Source: Pelomyxa schiedti
Lineage: Eukaryota > Protista > Evosea
DNA: 64,000 nt
Assembly: GCA_020536535.1 (NCBI GenBank)
Contig: JAHLWZ010000301.1
Location: 10,028 to 74,027, forward strand
Direction: 5' to 3'
The position numbers and the translations under genes are program-made. Under the pieces are notes generated by a model that was given only the letters and a program-made list of their open reading frames with translations, had not been told where the DNA came from and ran no database searches. Positions 24,933 through 37,188 of the stretch are shown here, piece by piece. The first letter of the stretch is position 1. Each line of letters opens with the position of its first letter.

Positions 24933-27900
24933 ATGGCCGGTACCCTTTATGTCACTGTCATCTCCGCCTCCGATTTAATTGCAAAGGGTATACCTCTTTC
25001 ATTATCGCCATTGGTTTTTTTTTTAATAAAATCCCAGACGTTGTTAGCAAGACTTCTGACCCTTATGTCCAAATACGATACACGGACGAATCCGGAAAAT
25101 CCCATAAGGTGGAAACTAAAGCGATAAAAAACACTCTCGAGCCCAAATGGAACGAGGAGTTTGAACTTAAGCTTGGCGCCCCTAAAAAACAACCTTGGGT
25201 GGAATTTAGGGTTTATGATAAAGACCTTGTTCTGGATGGTGAGCATTTAGGGGTCCCTGTAATAGTCTCATAATATTATTACACTTTTAGGTTATAAACT
25301 CTGATTCACATCACCCTTTTCTCTCAGATTTGCTTGGTCGGTTCCCTCTGGATACCTCCACTCTAGCTCAAGGAACAACAACTGAAACCACTCATAAACT
25401 GGTCGGTTCTGACCACGGCTCCCTCACTTTACGAATGTGTTTTGTGAGTGCTTCATCCACACCTGCAAGTGCAGCAGCATTTGCTGCCTCAGGACATGCA
25501 ATGATGCAATATGATGTCACCTTTCTTACAGCGGATGAGGAAGGAGCGGGAATGACATCACAGAAGGTGCGTGTGCAACTAATTGGTTCTGGTGCCGCTG
25601 CGGCGCCACCTCCCATGGAAGTGGAGTCAAAAGATGGCTTCCCTCGTGGCTCTTCCAAAACTTTTCGGGTACGGTGTCGTGACCCTGGAGTGATAACACG
25701 CATACATGTGGAGCGGCAGCCTGAAATGGGAAAGAATGATGGATGGAAACTAGAGAGAGTGGTAATTGCTCCACTCACACTCTCTGGGGAGCCGGGTGCA
25801 CAAATGGGCTTTGCAATTGGAAAACTGTTAAATGACAAACAAAGAGTTGCTGAAGCTGGGTATGCTTTTTCCCATTACTAAATCGAAGACAAACCCTCTT
25901 TAAAGAACAGATTCTTCAGCTGCTGCAGCCAAGGCACTCGTACTGGCTGGGGATGTTACGTACATTATTCGCACAAAAACTGGAGACCGCAGAGGAGCCG
26001 CTACAACAGCACGTGTTACATGCGTACTGGTTGGAGCTAAATTAACTTCTCCTTCCCTTGTTTTGGAGAGTCCTGCTGAAACATTATTTTCTCGCGGTCA
26101 TGACGACTTATTCCGTGTGGTGTGTAAACACGTCGGTGACTTGCAGAACGTGAAGATATCTATCTCACAAACTGATCCTCCTTCTCCTTGGTTTTTGGAG
26201 AAAATTTCAGTGCGATGTGTAGAAACACCAGCAATCAGTGAACAGTTTTTCTTTTGCAATGACTGGCTGGGTGGAACAGCCCCATGTGAGAGGGAACTGG
26301 CAATGAGTGAGCATGACTCCACTGAGCCAGGATCACTGTCGAAAAGGTACCGTGTATCAATAAAAACTGGAGACAGACGTGGTGCAGGTTGGTAACAAAA
26401 CTCATTTCCTTACTCTAATATCCTACCAGGGACTGATGCCAATGTCTCTATCGTTGTGTACGGTGAGAAAGGGGAAAGTGGCACAAAAAAGCTGGAAAAG
26501 CCAGGTAACTGTTTTGAGAGAAACAAGATAGATGAATTTGGATTTGAGTGTCAAGACTTGGGGCATCTTCAACGGGTTGTGATAGGACAAGATGGGAAGG
26601 GTCTGAGTAGCTCCTGGTTCCTTGAGCATGTAACTGTGAAGGAAGAGGACAGTGTAAAGACTTGGTTCTTCCCTTGTGGAAGATGGCTAGCACATGATAT
26701 GGAAGATGGTTTGATTGAACGACAACTTCTTGCAGCTTCTGAAGACTCAAAGTGGAGTTGTGCTGCTTTGAGGCACTACCGAATAACAACAGTCACTGCC
26801 GATAAACGTGGTGCTGGCACCGATGCCAATGTCTACATAAATATTCATGGTGAAAATGGTGATAGTGGTGTTCGCTCTTTAGATGCACCTGGAAACACCT
26901 TTGAGCGTGGAAAATCAGATGATTTTGGCGTTGAATGTGTTGATTTAGGGAAAATTGTTCAAATAACCATTGGGCATGACAATAAAGGTGTTGGCCCTGA
27001 CTGGTTTTTAGACAAAGTGATCATACACGAAGAAGAGACCAATTTAACCTATTACTTCCTCTGTGGACACTGGTTATCAAAAACTAAAGAAGACAAGCTC
27101 ATAGAAAGATTGATCCCAGCTTCAGCTAATGATGGCATTACATCACAACCATGGCACAGATATAGGATCACAACAGTAACCGGGAACCGCCGCGGTGCTG
27201 GCACTGACTCCCATGTTTTCATTGATATCCACGGCTACAAGGGGACTAGCGGAGAAAAGAGATTAGATGCAGCAGGCAATCTCTTTGAGCGTGGAAGCAC
27301 AAATACTTTTGGTGTGGAATGTGATTACCTGGGGGAACTTAAGTCTCTCAAGATTTGGCATGACGACTCCGGTATTAGCGCAGGATGGTTCTTGGACAAG
27401 GTCTGTAGGTCCTCTCTAACTGTCACTGCAATAACTCGCGCAAGGTCATCATTGAAGAAGAAGTTGCACACGGGAAGAAGTGGTGGTTCCTGTGTGGCCA
27501 ATGGTTGGATAAAAATGAAGGCGATCATGAAATCTCCAGGGAACTTGCTCCGTTGCCTCAAGATGGCGAATCTTGTTCTCCACTAAGAACGTACATAATT
27601 AGCGTACATACTGGAAACAGAAGAGGAGCCGGAACAAATGCTAATGTTTTCTTGGAAATATTTGGCGCCAAAGGAACTTCTGAAAAGCGAAAACTTGACG
27701 CAAAGGGAAACCTCTTTGAAAGGAACAGGGTGGATAATTTCCAGTTTGAATGTGTAGACTTGGGAGAGCTGCAGAAAATTGTTATTGGACATGACAACTC
27801 TGGAGTAAATTCTGCTTGGTTCCTTGATAAGGTACAATTACTAAATACAGTCGAGTTGTACTAACCCATATAGGTCGTTGTTCGCGAACACGATTCTGGG

Positions 27901-29799
27901 AAGATTTGGCACTTCCCCTGTGGACACTGGTTTGCACGTGATGAAGAGGACCACTTCATTGAACGTGAACTTCCAGCTAGTCTGAGTGATGTTAATGCCT
28001 CCAAGCCTCTGAAGCAATACGAAGTTACCGTTGTAACTGGTGATCGGAGAGGGGCTGGAACTGATGCAAGAGTGTTTATTGAATTGATTGGTGAGGGTGG
28101 CAAAGTCAATAGCGGAAAGAGATATTTGGAGGGCAGGAGCAAATTCACTCGGAACAGCTCAAATAAATTCGAAGTGGAAAGTGAAGACCTTGGGGAACTG
28201 CATAAGGTTATTGTTGGACATGACAACAGTGGAGTGAATGCTGGGTGGTTCCTTGACAAAGTCATTGTAACCGAAATGCTGAAAGGTGGCAAACAGTGGT
28301 ACTTTTTATGTGGAAGATGGCTAGCAGATGATGAAGATGATCGACAAACAGTTCGAGAGTTGCCATCTAGAAACGAAGACGGAGTGGCCTCTGCTCCTTT
28401 AAAGCATTATGTTGTCAGCACGGTGACTGGAAAGTGCCGTGGTGCTGGCACAGATGCACATGTTCACACTACCCTACATGGAAGCTTGGGCTCTTCCTCG
28501 AAGCGATGGTTGGATGGAAGAAGCGGCTGCTTCGAGCGTGGCAAAGTTGATAAGTTTGGGGTGGAATGTGTTGACTTGGGGGCAATCAAAAAAATAACTA
28601 TAGGCCACGATAATTCCGGATTTGCTGCTGCTTGGTTTTTAGAAAAAGTCCTAGTTGCAGAAGAAGGAGAGGATACTGCAGTTACCTCATTTAATTGTAA
28701 CCAGTGGTTCTCTCTTCATGAAAGTGATCACCTTATTGAGCGCGATATTAGTACCACCACACCCGCTGGGGCTGATATTGTACGCATCCAACAAGCATCA
28801 TTCCTAACAAAGACCTCATCTCTCTTCTTATAGATGCGATACATAATAGAAGTACAAACAGGCGACTGCCGCGGAGCTGGTACCGATGCTAATGTCTATA
28901 TCCATTTGTTTGGAAAATTGGGCGACTCTGGTGTATACTGGCTTCCTGGGAAACGAAAATCTTTTGAAAGGTCCAGCAAGGATATGTTTGTTTTTGAGTG
29001 CTATGAATTGGGCCCGCTTCTGTCGATGCGGGTTGGCCACGACTCAAAAGGCCTCAATTCTGGTACCATTTCATGCTGTTTTTCAACCAACCTTACTTAA
29101 ACTTGGGTTCTAGCATGGTTCTTGGACAAAATTATTGTCACTAAGGAGAAAGAAGAAGGGCACCCACTGGAGAAATTCTATTTCGTCTGTGGAAAGTGGT
29201 TTGACAAGTCTCAAGGTGATAGACAGACTGAGCGTCAGATAATGGCTTCCACTGAGGATGGTGTTCCAAGTCTTCCCTATCTCCCATTTCAAGTTTGTAG
29301 ACCCGCAACAAAAACCAAAACAAACAGCACAATTAAATTTCCACCCCGCTGAAATTCCACCTAGATTTCTGTTGTAACTGGGCATGTGCCGGATGCCGGC
29401 ACTGACGCCAATGTCTACGTTGAAATTTACGGAACTCCGGATGAAATTAGCAGCGGCGCCTGTGTGTTGACTGGAAAGGGTAATTTGTTTGAGAAAGGAC
29501 AGACTGACAACTTCACTCTGGAATTGCCTGACATTGGTGCACTCTCCAAACTCCGCATCTGGCACGACAATTCCGTAAGTAGAAAGTTAATTTCAAAAAT
29601 TGCGTCGCACCCAATTCAACTGAGATTTAAATTTGCATTACTCAACACAACAACATAGGGGCCTGGTCCTGGATGGTACTTGGAGAGTGTAACAATCACA
29701 GTGGGTGACAGGCCACCTGTGAGGTTCCCTTGCAATCATTGGCTGGACAAGAAACGCGAAGATGGCGCCATATCACGGATTCTAACTCCTCTATCCTGA
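24933..29799 (+). CDS. C2 domain + ~10 tandem PLAT/LH2 domains (LOXHD1-like)
   Basis: C2: GTLYVTVISASDL...SDPYV...TLEPKWNEEF...VYDKD. Ten repeats of YxIxVxTGxRRGAGTDANV...FERG...GHDNSG...WFLDKV...F.CG.W. Confidence 0.9.
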
Positions 29800-29933
29800 G
29801 AGGGCAAAGATCTATGGAAAAGAAAAAGAAAAATTATCCCAATCTTCTATCCCGGTTAGCACCCTACCCCAAACAACCGGCAACTCACGTAAAGAAAAAG
29901 TAAACGACCCTCGGTGGGTCATCACCGTAAAAA

Positions 29934-29946
29934 GTTTTACCCGAAA
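29934..29946 (+). promoter_or_regulatory. Candidate promoter element GTTTTACCCGAAA (copy 2)
   Basis: About 70 nt upstream of ATG 30017 on the sense strand. It overlaps the palindrome GTAAAA-AG-TTTTAC. Confidence 0.35.
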
Positions 29947-30016
29947 CTCACCTTTGGAAAAGGAAAAGGACCAAAAAGCCAAGATCTTTTAAACAAACAA
30001 TAAAACGGTAAAATTA

Positions 30017-31667
30017 ATGGCGGCGAGTCGTGCGGTTGGTTTTCTTGTCGTTGTTGTTTAGCGTGTTTGCTCGTGTGGTCTTTGTCGAAGCCTTTTTTTT
30101 TGAGTTATTTCTGATCTATTTTTTTCCCATTGTCGGTAGATAATACGTGTGTATCTTTGCGATGCGAGTTTTAAGTCACTCCCGCTGAGTTCTACTTCTA
30201 CGTTGAGTACGTAATCAAAAATGCACTTTTTTTTTCAACTCCCTCTCACAAACGTGGTTGCAGAAGAAATGCATGAGTTATGTTATGCCAAATTCAAAAC
30301 CACTTTAAAGGATATTAAAGAACCCCATCTATATCACGTGTACGAATACCACGACGACGCAAAAGGTAAAGATTTCCTTTGATTCATAGCACCACTTTAT
30401 CGTTGACCCAGCTGCCAAAATTATGTAGAAGTAGATCTTAGTCTCATTCCAGAAGATCGAATACCGTTAAAACTCATGGAATCCTGGCCAAAAAGCGGGG
30501 ACCACAAATTCGTGTTTAAAACGGAGCAAGAAGTGTTACAACTAGGCGGATTCAAAACACCAACAAAAAAACGAGCAGTGGCAAGCCCAAAATTATCAGC
30601 ACTCAAATGTACAGTTGATCCGGTATCCCTCCCCTAGCCTATTGGTTTTTAACTTTATGGAGGCAGGCGGCAGATAGGAAAAGAAGTGTACAGGAAAAAA
30701 GAATTCAAGTGTGCTGGCAATTTCCATCAATTCAAAATGTGTTAATTATTTGTAGAGAGTGATGAGTTGGGTAAATTCCAAACTTGGTGCAAGACGGATT
30801 TCTGTCACGAATATTAAAACTGATTTTTCTTCCGGTGTTGGTATGCACACGAAAACTGCTATTTTCTCTCATTCAAGCGCAAATAGTATTTATATTCTTG
30901 GTTGAGGAATTAAGTAGTGCACCACTTGGTGGTTGTCACCACCTCTTTCCTGCAGATAACAACCAAATGATAGAAAATATAAAATGTGTAAGACTCCATT
31001 TGAGATTCCCAAATATCCATTAAACAGTGCCTAGGTAATAGACTACTTGAGTAAAAATGGTTGTTCTAATGCAACAACTTGCACCATTAAAGGTCAGCCA
31101 GCCACTTATAGCAACACTTTCGCAACTTCTCTCACTTCCCTAGACATACAATCCGGAAATGCTATGACAATTCTGAAGTTACTTGGTCTGATAGCCATGC
31201 ACTTTCGAACAACCACCCCACTAAACACAGTCCAGCGGGCGGATTTATCTGCACTGGAATTACAACTAGCTTTAGTGGCACCTCCACCCCCGCTTCCCCC
31301 ACCGGGTCAACACACACAACCAACAGCTACAACTCCGGCACAAGCGCACACAACCACCAACACACCAACACGGCACCAATGGGTCTCTGTTAGACCCACA
31401 CCAACTCCGTCATCCGAATTTTCGCCATCACCATCCGATTACACCGCAACCACAACCGCAACCACCTCAACAAATACAACAACGCCATCCACTCCGGAAC
31501 TATCCGCATACAGCAACCCCAACCAGAGCAACAACGGAACCGCATCCACATACACTCCAAGCGACGATTCACCGTATTCCGTACCCACAAACACTAGCCA
31601 GCCTCCTTTCTTAGACCTGGCTTACTCTGAATTCGACTATTCCCAGATAGTGTATAACGACCACTGA
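30017..31667 (+). CDS. Hypothetical signalling protein: RA/FERM-N-like ubiquitin fold, possible RGS-like region, Pro/Thr/Tyr-rich tail
   Basis: Spliced IIRVYLCDASFKSLPLSSTST...PLKLMESW...KFVFK, then LGKFQTWCKTDFCHEY...FIFLVEEL. Exon joins are uncertain. Confidence 0.4.
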
Positions 31668-31800
31668 GATGGAACTTTTGCAAACCGGTTTTTTTTTCTT
31701 TTTGTTAGGTTTTTCCCATCTCGTTTGTCGAAGTGCTACGAAATTTCGCTTCTTTCGGCAGTTACAACAACAAAAAAAACAAAACAGATCAAACTCAAAG

Positions 31801-34800
31801 ATGGCGTCGTATAACGCTGTTGTCGTGTGCGCTTTGTTGTGTTGCTTTCTTTGTTACTCTGGTGCGAAACAGACGTCGAATCTCGACCAAGATCCCACGC
31901 CGGTGGTGCTTGTAAACAACAGAGTGAGAATAGAGTGTGACACTTCCACTACCATTTCCTCGGACGACATCGCTGGCATGCTGGTGGGAGTTCCCCTTAA
32001 CGACACGAGTCAGCTAGGTGTGACTTTCGCAGTGGAGAATATGGTTGGTGGATATTTCTCACTCTGGGTGGAGGATTCGTATGTGAATGTCACATCCTTC
32101 ACGCAAGGGGACATTGTTGCCGGCAATGTTCTATTTACCCAAAACGACCTCGACCTGCCCCCTGCTTTTGCAATTAGGGTGGGGTGCCAGGATTGTGACA
32201 ACAATGCTGCCTACACGGCGCCAATTGCACAGTGGTGTTTGGTAGCCATGCAATGTGAATCCGTCGTCTCTGGAAACCTGCACTACATCGATAGCGCTTA
32301 TGGCTACTCATTGTATGGAAGCTGCGCCACGGTTTATCTAGATGATACACTTCTAATTGCCTACGAATATCAGCTGCAAAATAACAGCTGGGCATATTGG
32401 AGACTACTAGATACTGCCACAGGAGCACCTATATCTCCGCTTGTTCCGGTCGCTTTGGCTGTAAATAAACACTGTGTGACTGTGGCTGGTCTGCCCAATG
32501 ACACTTTTGCTGTTACATGGCTGCAGAAGGCTGGGGGACTAACCCAGGACACACTTGAGGATAACTGGCTAGTTTATTCTCAAGTACCACGTCTCGACGA
32601 TGGAGAAATGCTTGCCGTCAAGATAAGTAGTGCCCCTGCAGATAGCCAGCATGCAACCGTCCTGTACGGAGATATTAATGACCAGGGCCAGACCTATGGT
32701 GTTGCTATTGTCTGGACAGATGTGGGCACAATGCAGATTCACATTCGTAGCATATCCGTTTCAACTGGGTTTACACTCACTGATGAAGAGATATTACCTA
32801 CTGGAATAGAACCTAATACACAAGCAGTATTACGTACTAGTGTTGCATCCCTACCAGGAGCGTTTGTGGTTGTTTACATTCAAGATGAGAAAAACGTGAT
32901 GGCTATTATTTGTTACAGTGAAAACTTGACACTTTGCGGTACCCCGTTACTTGTATCTGATAATTGGGCTTGTGTCAATGGATTTGATATCACCGAATGC
33001 CCATACCAACCACATGTTAGCGCCTTACAATGTCAAGAAGAACCTGCTTATGGATTTGTTGTCTCATGGCAGAGTCTGGAGAATGTCTACGTGCGCACTT
33101 ACAGCTATACTTATGGGAGTTTCAGTGCTTATCCTACAAGCGATCCTCTAAGAGTTAATTCTCAGACTTGGTGCCCTGCAGTGGACAGTGAGGATACCCC
33201 AAAGGTTTCAATGGCTGGGTGTGACTTCTTTGTGGTAACATACTCAGCACACTATTGTGGTGGCGTGCCTGGTGGATCTGTACTGATGACTAACCTTCTC
33301 GGGCAATTATTTAATATCGGAACTGGGGTGAAATGGAGAAATGAATTTATAATATGGGGAAGCTCAGAAAGGGGATATCCTGGCGCTATGGCTGAAAATA
33401 GTTTCACTATATTTTGGACCAGTATTGTGGATGGAACATATTACGTGCTTCTCAGAGAGTACACTATTGAAACACTGTGGTCTCCTGTAATTGTGAACAA
33501 CGCCCTCAACATCTCCCAGGATGAGACATTCAATCTTACATCACTAAACCTGGCGGCAATAGATTTTGATTCTTCTAATGCCTCCCTGAGATTTAATATC
33601 ACTTCCGTCGTGAATGGGGAATTTCTTATCAACACTCGTCAAGTAACGACATTTGAACAAAGTCAAATAAACAACGTAGTGTTCAAGCACACTGGAGGCT
33701 CCAATGCTCCTAAGTACAGTATCTCCGTTACTGACGGTCAAACAATGACTCCACCTATACCTTGTACAGTCACATTCACCAAGAAACGCCCGAATGTAAT
33801 ACTCTGGAGTGTAATTTGTTCTGTTTCTTTAATTATTGCTGCCGTTGGCGTTTCAATATTACTTGTGAGGCAACACAAGAAGAGAAAGAGTCACACATCG
33901 AATCACAGAGAACTATCTGAGGAAGACCTCCTGAAAGTGTCTTACCCTTGTCCACCTGCTCTGCTTGACATTTCCCATGAAGACACTCTGGCTTATAACA
34001 CGCGCAAGGACTATCTCGAAGGTACTTAAATCATCAATCCCTCCCTGAGAAATAATTTGGTAGGAAGTTCGTTTTCAAAGGATCAACTGGGAATCTTCCG
34101 TGCTTTCATCATTCCTCTTTCCTGTCTCCCAAAGCAGGGTTTCCAATGCAATCTTTCGGTTGGAACCTTTCTGTCCGAACAGTTTTCCAGCTGCACGTTT
34201 TTTGTGGGGGTCACTGTAGTCTGCCTTGAAATGGGTTTGCCTTTATAGAGATTGTAATTTTATAAGGAACTGAAGGTTTAATGACACACAAGGATGGAAT
34301 TACTGTCACTGTGATACCCATAACAGGAAAGGCTCGAATCATGTAAGACACCAAGTTGTGAATTATTCCTACATTAAATGCCATTCCTACTTAGTAACTT
34401 CCACCTTCCCGATGGAAAAGGGGATGGTGTTGTCCTGTCTGTCCCAGAATCTGGTTGTGCTTACCTATTTTCAGAAAGCACAGTTATTTCCATAGCTCGT
34501 CTTTCACAAGCTCTGGAAATTGCAGTTGCTTCTCAAGATGTTTCATCACACTTGCACGCACTGGTGACGGATTTAATTGACAAAGACTGCATGATACCAT
34601 CAGATGCTATTACCTGCAACTTTCAAGTTAAAATTTTTTACTCAAGTATATTCTATTTGAAATTACAGCAGAGTGTTGCAGGTTGCCCGTGGTGGATTTG
34701 GTGAGGTCTGGAAAGGAACCCTCGGAGCCAAAGCAGTTGCACTTAAAAAGTATCTTTGACTGTTATATCCCTTTTTTTAAAAGGAAAACCAAAACAAAAC

Positions 34801-35734
34801 AGACTGCGTGAAGAAAAGATAATTGAAGCCGAACTGCGTATTGAATTTGTTCGGGAGATGATGCTTTTACACGAACTACGAGGCACTCCCTATGTGTTGG
34901 ACTTCCTGGGTCTTCATGTTAAATCAGGCGAACTATGTAAGCCCAAATTTTTGAGTTTGAAACCGTTTAATATAATAATAACAAAGGGATGGTGACTGAG
35001 TGGTGCTCTCAGGGAGGACTAGAATGCATTATTTTTTCTGAAAGTTATATGGAGGAATTCTCTGCCGACTCCAAGAGACTTCTGATGCGGAATGTAATTT
35101 CCTTTCCCCCTTTTCCTTTTGCCCCAACTTGTTCATTGAGATATGCCTGGGAATGCAAGCAATACATGAAAAGAAAATTATACATCGCGATCTTAAACCA
35201 GAAAGTTGTCCACCCCAATCTAGCACACATCTCTCACCGTATCATTTTTCCAGATGTACTCGTTGTCAATAAAGCAACGTGGGACATTCGCATAGCCGAT
35301 CTGGGTCTGGCCCGCATCTCTCTCACACCAGGGGAGTCTCTGACCAGAGGAGTTGAGGGCTCCTCATGGTATTCCGCACCCGAACTGTTCACTGGGCACC
35401 ATGATTTCCTGGTTGATGTTTTCTCATGGGGAATCATGGCCTGGGAAATCATGTGTGGGCTACGGCTTGCTGACGAAATCTCTCGAGAATACCGAATGCA
35501 CCCTTACATGTGGAAAGTACAATTGCAGTATGCCATTTCCCTCCCATCCCCGATCCCCTTAACCCTGTCAACAACTAAATCACATCCCCATGATCAAGGG
35601 AAATTGTGCACATGGATGACACCTGGCCAAGTACCTTGTGTCACCTCATGCGGCGCTGCTGGGCCATCGAGAAAGTATCTGACAGGCCTTCTTTCACCGA
35701 GTGGGCCGAGTTCCTGAGCAAACCGTGGCTCTAG
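31801..35734 (+). CDS. Receptor-like TKL kinase with cadherin-like (CSPG/Cadherin_3) ectodomain repeats
   Basis: Signal peptide, two cadherin-like units (SFTQGDIVAGNVLF; TFEQSQINNVVFKHTGG...ISVTDG) and TM ILWSVICSVSLIIAAVGVSILLV. Kinase motifs: ARGGFGEVWKG, VALK, IHRDLKPE, IADLGLAR, YSAPE, DVFSWG, DRPSF. Confidence 0.85.
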
Positions 35735-35899
35735 AGCCTCCTTCTGAATCACCACACATGTATTTATAAAGAATGAATCGAATTTTAAGGAAATAATCGG
35801 TTTTCGCCGATTTTGATTCTATCCCCGAGAAAAGGTTTTCTTTTTTTGGCAACGCAGTGGTCTATACGTGAAATCTGCGAGTAAAAGTTGTGCCCAACC

Positions 35900-37144
35900 A
35901 TGCAGCCTGCGTCAGCCACAGACACGGTCGTACCGCTTGGGCGGGGATCCAAGTCTGTAGTGGCACGGGAGCCGCTGCAGGTGCGGGCCTGCGAGCAAGC
36001 CCACACGCAGGGGCGGGGCGCCAGGGACCAGTTCGCCGCGCTGCTGGCCGCGTCGCACCCCCGCTGCGGGGCAGGGAGCCCCGCGAGGCTGCTGGCCGAG
36101 CAGCAGCCCGCGACCCTGCGCCTGCTGTGGAAGTCGTATGCCTCGCGGGCCCAGCGCTTCGTGGTGGAAGTGGCGACGGCGGGCCGGGGGGCCGTGCCGT
36201 CCTGCGTGACGTTCGGGGTCTCGCGGCTGACGCTGGGCTCCACGTCGCCGGCGGCCCCTGTCGCCTGGTCGGCCGACCGCATATTATGGGTCGGGCCGGC
36301 CGCGTGCATAGAGGAGAAGCAGCACTCGTGGTACTGTGATTACACTCTCTGCGACTACGAGACTGGCCAAAGTACAGTTTTGATCAAAGACCTGCTGCAT
36401 ACAACTGAGCACTTTGAGTGCAATTCAAGGTGGTTTGTGATGTGCACTGTACCGGAAATGACCATTATAAATTTTGCAGATAACACAGCAGTCACTGCTA
36501 GGGTCGCAGTGCCTAATGGGGTGCTCAGCGTTTCGTATTTCTTTTTCTGCAAATGTAAATGTGGGAGAACGGATCAGGCTGTACTTTGCTACAATTCTGA
36601 TGGCAGGACCACTTTACTGGTGGTCGACATTCCTCGTACATTTACGTCCTCTACCCTCGCAGTTGTGGAGTCGGTCAGATGCGGAATTTCATTCACTATC
36701 TATGGCGGATTATGTCTAAGAAAGAGCACCGGCGCCAGTGCTTTCATTTTTCAGTCAATTGATCTCTCTGCGGAAAATGCACTGCTCTCTCAATCTACTC
36801 TGGAGGTGACCCCCATCGGAGCTGTGCTTGAAATAGCTTCGGGAAGGGACTGTCTCTCACAGCTGAGTGATTCCTTGTTTTGCCTCTCCAACCGCAAGCA
36901 TGCTTCATCCTATGAAATATGGGACTGCAACGACACCCACAAGCCTCTACTCGTCGTTGAGACAAATGGCCGATGCCAAGCCATAGCCTCTTATGGATTC
37001 ATTTTCAACTTGTCCTCTTCCAGTGACAATTCCCATACAATGACTGTGACTGAGTTCTCTTCCGGCATTGCTGTTATGACATTCCATTTCTCTTCAGCAC
37101 TTGTTGGGGTCGGCATTGAGAACGTCATCTCCTTTTATGACTGA
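35900..37144 (+). CDS. Intronless hypothetical protein with QFAALLAASHPRCGAGSPARLL motif and beta-rich (propeller-like) C-terminus
   Basis: Uninterrupted ORF of about 415 aa with a GC-rich 5' half. The HxRxGxxS motif is recalled from expanded protist families. Confidence 0.65.
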   Translation: MQPASATDTVVPLGRGSKSVVAREPLQVRACEQAHTQGRGARDQFAALLAASHPRCGAGSPARLLAEQQPATLRLLWKSYASRAQRFVVEVATAGRGAVPSCVTFGVSRLTLGSTSPAAPVAWSADRILWVGPAACIEEKQHSWYCDYTLCDYETGQSTVLIKDLLHTTEHFECNSRWFVMCTVPEMTIINFADNTAVTARVAVPNGVLSVSYFFFCKCKCGRTDQAVLCYNSDGRTTLLVVDIPRTFTSSTLAVVESVRCGISFTIYGGLCLRKSTGASAFIFQSIDLSAENALLSQSTLEVTPIGAVLEIASGRDCLSQLSDSLFCLSNRKHASSYEIWDCNDTHKPLLVVETNGRCQAIASYGFIFNLSSSSDNSHTMTVTEFSSGIAVMTFHFSSALVGVGIENVISFYD

Positions 37145-37188
37145 CATAGCAGCTCCATTTGTTGTTACTCTTTGCAAAACAAAAAATT

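Noticed and set aside
25500-29799. Periodic ~400-nt repeats as a CRISPR-like or satellite array
   Set aside because: They are degenerate protein-coding PLAT repeats.
34750-34802. U12-type intron (donor GTATCTTT) in the kinase
   Set aside because: One mismatch to GTATCCTT, no convincing TCCTTAAC branch site, and donor sites here are highly degenerate anyway.
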